DNA of 17,577 nt, taken from assembly GCA_030141605.1 (NCBI GenBank), contig JAQGDQ010002501.1:1-17577 (forward strand), read 5' to 3'. The DNA comes from Tubiluchus corallicola. Its lineage: Eukaryota; Animalia; Priapulida. A program made the translations under genes and the position numbers. Shown here piece by piece: positions 16,878 through 17,577 of this stretch. Under the pieces are notes generated by a model that was given only the letters and a program-made list of their open reading frames with translations, was not told the origin of the DNA and ran no database searches. How positions within the stretch are numbered: the stretch's first letter is position 1; the number at the start of each line of letters is the position of its first letter.

Positions 16878-17525
16878 TTACCATACCCTAATAGCCTGAC
16901 TATCATTCGACCGAGTTCTTGTTAAACCATACATCTTGATACAGTCCCCAGTGCTCGTAGGTGTACCTTCGTCAATGAAAGCGTATGGCAGACCAGTAGT
17001 GCGCACATCACCGGTGTATCCGCCAGTCTTCCCTTCTGTATAACCATCGAGGCCGATCTCCGTTATACAAGCATTCATCATAGAGGTGTGACCGTTAAGA
17101 TCAGAATGACCAGATTTATGCAGAATGCAGGTAAGATTATAGTCACTGCTACTATTATCTTCTGGCGCATAATAAACACCCCTACTGTTAGTTTGGTGCT
17201 TACAAGTAACAAAATACAATACCTCTTTAGGCAATCCAACCTGTGTGACAAAATTATCATCAGACAACAACCCCTCAGCATAAAGGGCATCTTTGGCCAC
17301 CGGATCATTCCACCCGGCAATACCTTTGTTAGGCCTAGCGCCCGGCAGGGTATCATACTTGCTGTAGTATATAGCAAGCGCTGAACCTATCTTATCGATA
17401 TTTGCAAGATCGGTCTTGATCTTTGCCGTCATGATCATATCCCTACCCTTGATCGCAAGACCGAGTATTAAACCGATTACAACCAGCACTATCGCCAACT
17501 CTATTAATGTAAAACCTTTCTTCAT
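16878..17525 (-). CDS. Prepilin-type protein, copy 4
   Basis: MKKG|FTLIELAIVLVVIGLILGLAIK, LPG, four Cys, CITEIGLDGY, GDCIK. ATG 17525 has RBS GAGGTG; alternative start is GTG 17534. Confidence 0.9.
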   Translation of the reverse strand: MKKGFTLIELAIVLVVIGLILGLAIKGRDMIMTAKIKTDLANIDKIGSALAIYYSKYDTLPGARPNKGIAGWNDPVAKDALYAEGLLSDDNFVTQVGLPKEVLYFVTCKHQTNSRGVYYAPEDNSSSDYNLTCILHKSGHSDLNGHTSMMNACITEIGLDGYTEGKTGGYTGDVRTTGLPYAFIDEGTPTSTGDCIKMYGLTRTRSNDSQAIRVW

Positions 17526-17534
17526 CTCTTTCAC

Positions 17535-17567
17535 CTCTCTAATCTCTCTAATCTCTCCAATCTCTTT
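17535..17567. repeat. Degenerate 9-bp tandem repeat (AATCTCTCT), ~3.5 copies, in the leader of pilin copy 4
   Basis: CTCTCT AATCTCTCT AATCTCTCC AATCTCTTT, read directly. Confidence 0.7.
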
Positions 17568-17577
17568 TAATATAACT

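Noticed and set aside
14505-17384. + strand ORFs overlapping the pilin genes (14505-14720, 14773-15195, 15135-15635, 17088-17384) and antisense ORFs throughout the housekeeping genes
   Set aside because: Shadow ORFs opposite well-supported genes, with no motifs and no conservation across the paralogous units.
14184-17577. Diversity-generating retroelement, shufflon or integron explanation of the pilin array
   Set aside because: No reverse transcriptase, recombinase or integrase in the window; differences are not adenine-specific; all copies are in the same orientation with full 5' ends; the hairpins behave as terminators rather than attC sites.

Overview
This is a bacterial chromosomal window with three parts. 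(1) A housekeeping run on the + strand: glmU-glmS-pcrA/uvrD-gatC-gatA-gatB. It is preceded by an intrinsic terminator and a ~210-nt leader holding two tandem copies of a structured ~90-nt element with compensatory base changes. This leader is a candidate undescribed cis-regulatory RNA. (2) A cbb3-type cytochrome c oxidase maturation cluster on the + strand: ccoQ-like, ccoG, ccoH/fixH, DsbD_2/TauE-like, ccoI Cu-ATPase and ccoS. The ccoNOP structural genes are not in the window. (3) A convergent - strand array of at least four paralogous type IV pilin/pseudopilin-like genes in ~0.9-kb units. The genes have near-identical N-termini, four conserved Cys and variable loops. The three spacers each repeat a terminator, a TTGAC promoter and a TGTAA-N7-TTACA palindrome, and one copy carries a nonsense codon. 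Several single-base deletions in short homopolymers (two in glmU, one in ccoI, probably two in pilin leaders) suggest an unpolished assembly.
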